From: Gammaproteobacteria bacterium
GTDB lineage: Bacteria; Pseudomonadota; Gammaproteobacteria; GCA-2400775
Direction: 5' to 3'
DNA length: 64,000 bases
Assembly: GCA_013151045.1 (NCBI GenBank)
Contig: JAADIY010000038.1
Span: forward strand, 311-64,310
Below, piece after piece: positions 63,441 to 64,000 of this stretch (position 1 is the first letter of the stretch; the number at the start of each line of letters is the position of its first letter). The notes beneath the pieces were generated by a model that was given only the letters and a program-made list of their open reading frames with translations, ran no database searches and was not told where the DNA came from. The position numbers were made by a program, and so were the translations under genes.

Positions 63441-64000
63441 CTAACGGTTCACCGAGCTTTTTATCAAAAAATATTTGTTAGTCATCTTAGGAAAATCACC
63501 AATCAAATTACGCAACTTATCAAGATCACTAACATCACCTCGATATGCGATACGATCAAACATTGCAGCCAATGCTAATGTAGATTGAGCCAACTCAGGC
63601 CTCTCCACAGCAACGCGTCTCGCAAAGCTAGATACCGTTTCACCTTGGCTTCGTTTTATTCCTAAATTCTCAGCCTTCCTAATAAATTTATCTATCAAAC
63701 GAATTGCAATAGGCAATGGGCGCTTGCGATTAATAAGATAAAAATAGAGAAACAGAGCCAAACCAAGTGCTAAGCTAGCAATAACAACAATCATCGCAAT
63801 ACGCCATGGCTCAGCACCACCAAATATTTTTTCTAAAACACCTTTTTGTGATTGACGATCATAACTAACCACCCATCGATTCCACACATAACCGACAGCA
63901 TCAACACGTTGTCGTAGCGATTTCATCCAAGGAAACTCACCATACGCGCCGCTGCCAACAAGCTGTAAATCTGACTCACTTAAGGCATCGGCAATTCCAT
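63441..64000 (-). CDS. DUF4129-like domain membrane protein (5' end beyond window)
   Basis: Frame remains open from 63926 to window edge (…GIADALSESDLQLVGSGAYGEFPWMKSLRQ…); TM helix (IAMIVVIASLALGLALFLYFYL) then C-terminal domain with DUF4129-like pattern (…TVSSFARRVAVERPELAQSTLALAAMFDRIAYRG…). Confidence 0.6.
   Translation of the reverse strand, partial: GIADALSESDLQLVGSGAYGEFPWMKSLRQRVDAVGYVWNRWVVSYDRQSQKGVLEKIFGGAEPWRIAMIVVIASLALGLALFLYFYLINRKRPLPIAIRLIDKFIRKAENLGIKRSQGETVSSFARRVAVERPELAQSTLALAAMFDRIAYRGDVSDLDKLRNLIGDFPKMTNKYFLIKSSVNR

Noticed and set aside
63329-63481. 50-aa + strand ORF (MNTSATIRQLFQFIRSHSEK…) with AGGAG SD in the cytochrome promoter region
   Set aside because: It has a good RBS, but it is short with no recognisable features, and it overlaps the 3' end of the DUF4129-like gene on the other strand. 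It cannot be distinguished from chance without expression or conservation data.

Overview
This 64-kb window reads as gammaproteobacterial chromosome. Most of it is conserved housekeeping genes in Pseudomonas-like synteny: ychF-pth-rplY-prs-tRNAGln-ispE-lolB-TPR, hemA-prfA-prmC, gatCAB divergent from mreBCD-mrdA-rodA-mltB-rlpA-dacA-dat-ybeD-lipB-lipA, ppk-ppx, folBK, plsY, tsaD, moaACDE/moeB, and rpsU-yqeY-dnaG-rpoD ending at a tRNA(CAT). By eye the GC content is mid-40s percent, and the accessory parts are more AT-rich.

Four regions break this pattern:
- ~14.1-15.5 kb: an AT-rich insertion with two translationally coupled small membrane proteins placed downstream of gatCAB, plus a hypothetical protein. 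It sits next to a prmC whose NPPY catalytic codons are frameshifted in a C-run.
- 51.2-53.7 kb: a mini-island at the tRNA(CAT) 3' end, bounded by a ~47-bp tRNA 3'-end direct repeat. It carries a degraded tyrosine integrase, a C5-methyltransferase fragment and a standalone CZB zinc-sensor domain protein. A PAS-GAF-GGDEF-EAL gene with an overlapping leader uORF follows it.
- ~56.25-56.6 kb: a decayed second copy of the rpoD 3' end plus the tRNA (about 85-90% identity, a ~22-bp deletion and a premature stop).
- 56.65-64 kb: a minus-strand cluster encoding a TPR protein, an 803-aa secreted beta-propeller/LolA-like/His-rich/DUF3105-like protein, a 1022-aa secreted pentaheme c-type cytochrome with glycine/arginine/histidine-rich inserts and a C-terminal Ig-like domain, and a DUF4129-like protein that runs off the window edge. 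A perfect 30-bp palindrome lies inside this cluster.

The last region is the best candidate for an uncharacterised extracytoplasmic redox or metal-handling system. There is also a REC-GGDEF-EAL gene with a histidine-kinase remnant downstream, a ppk-ppx-DUF1853-like operon, a decayed gene remnant between the TPR genes and hemA, and a large nested inverted repeat near the window start. No CRISPR array, rRNA or intact transposase was found.
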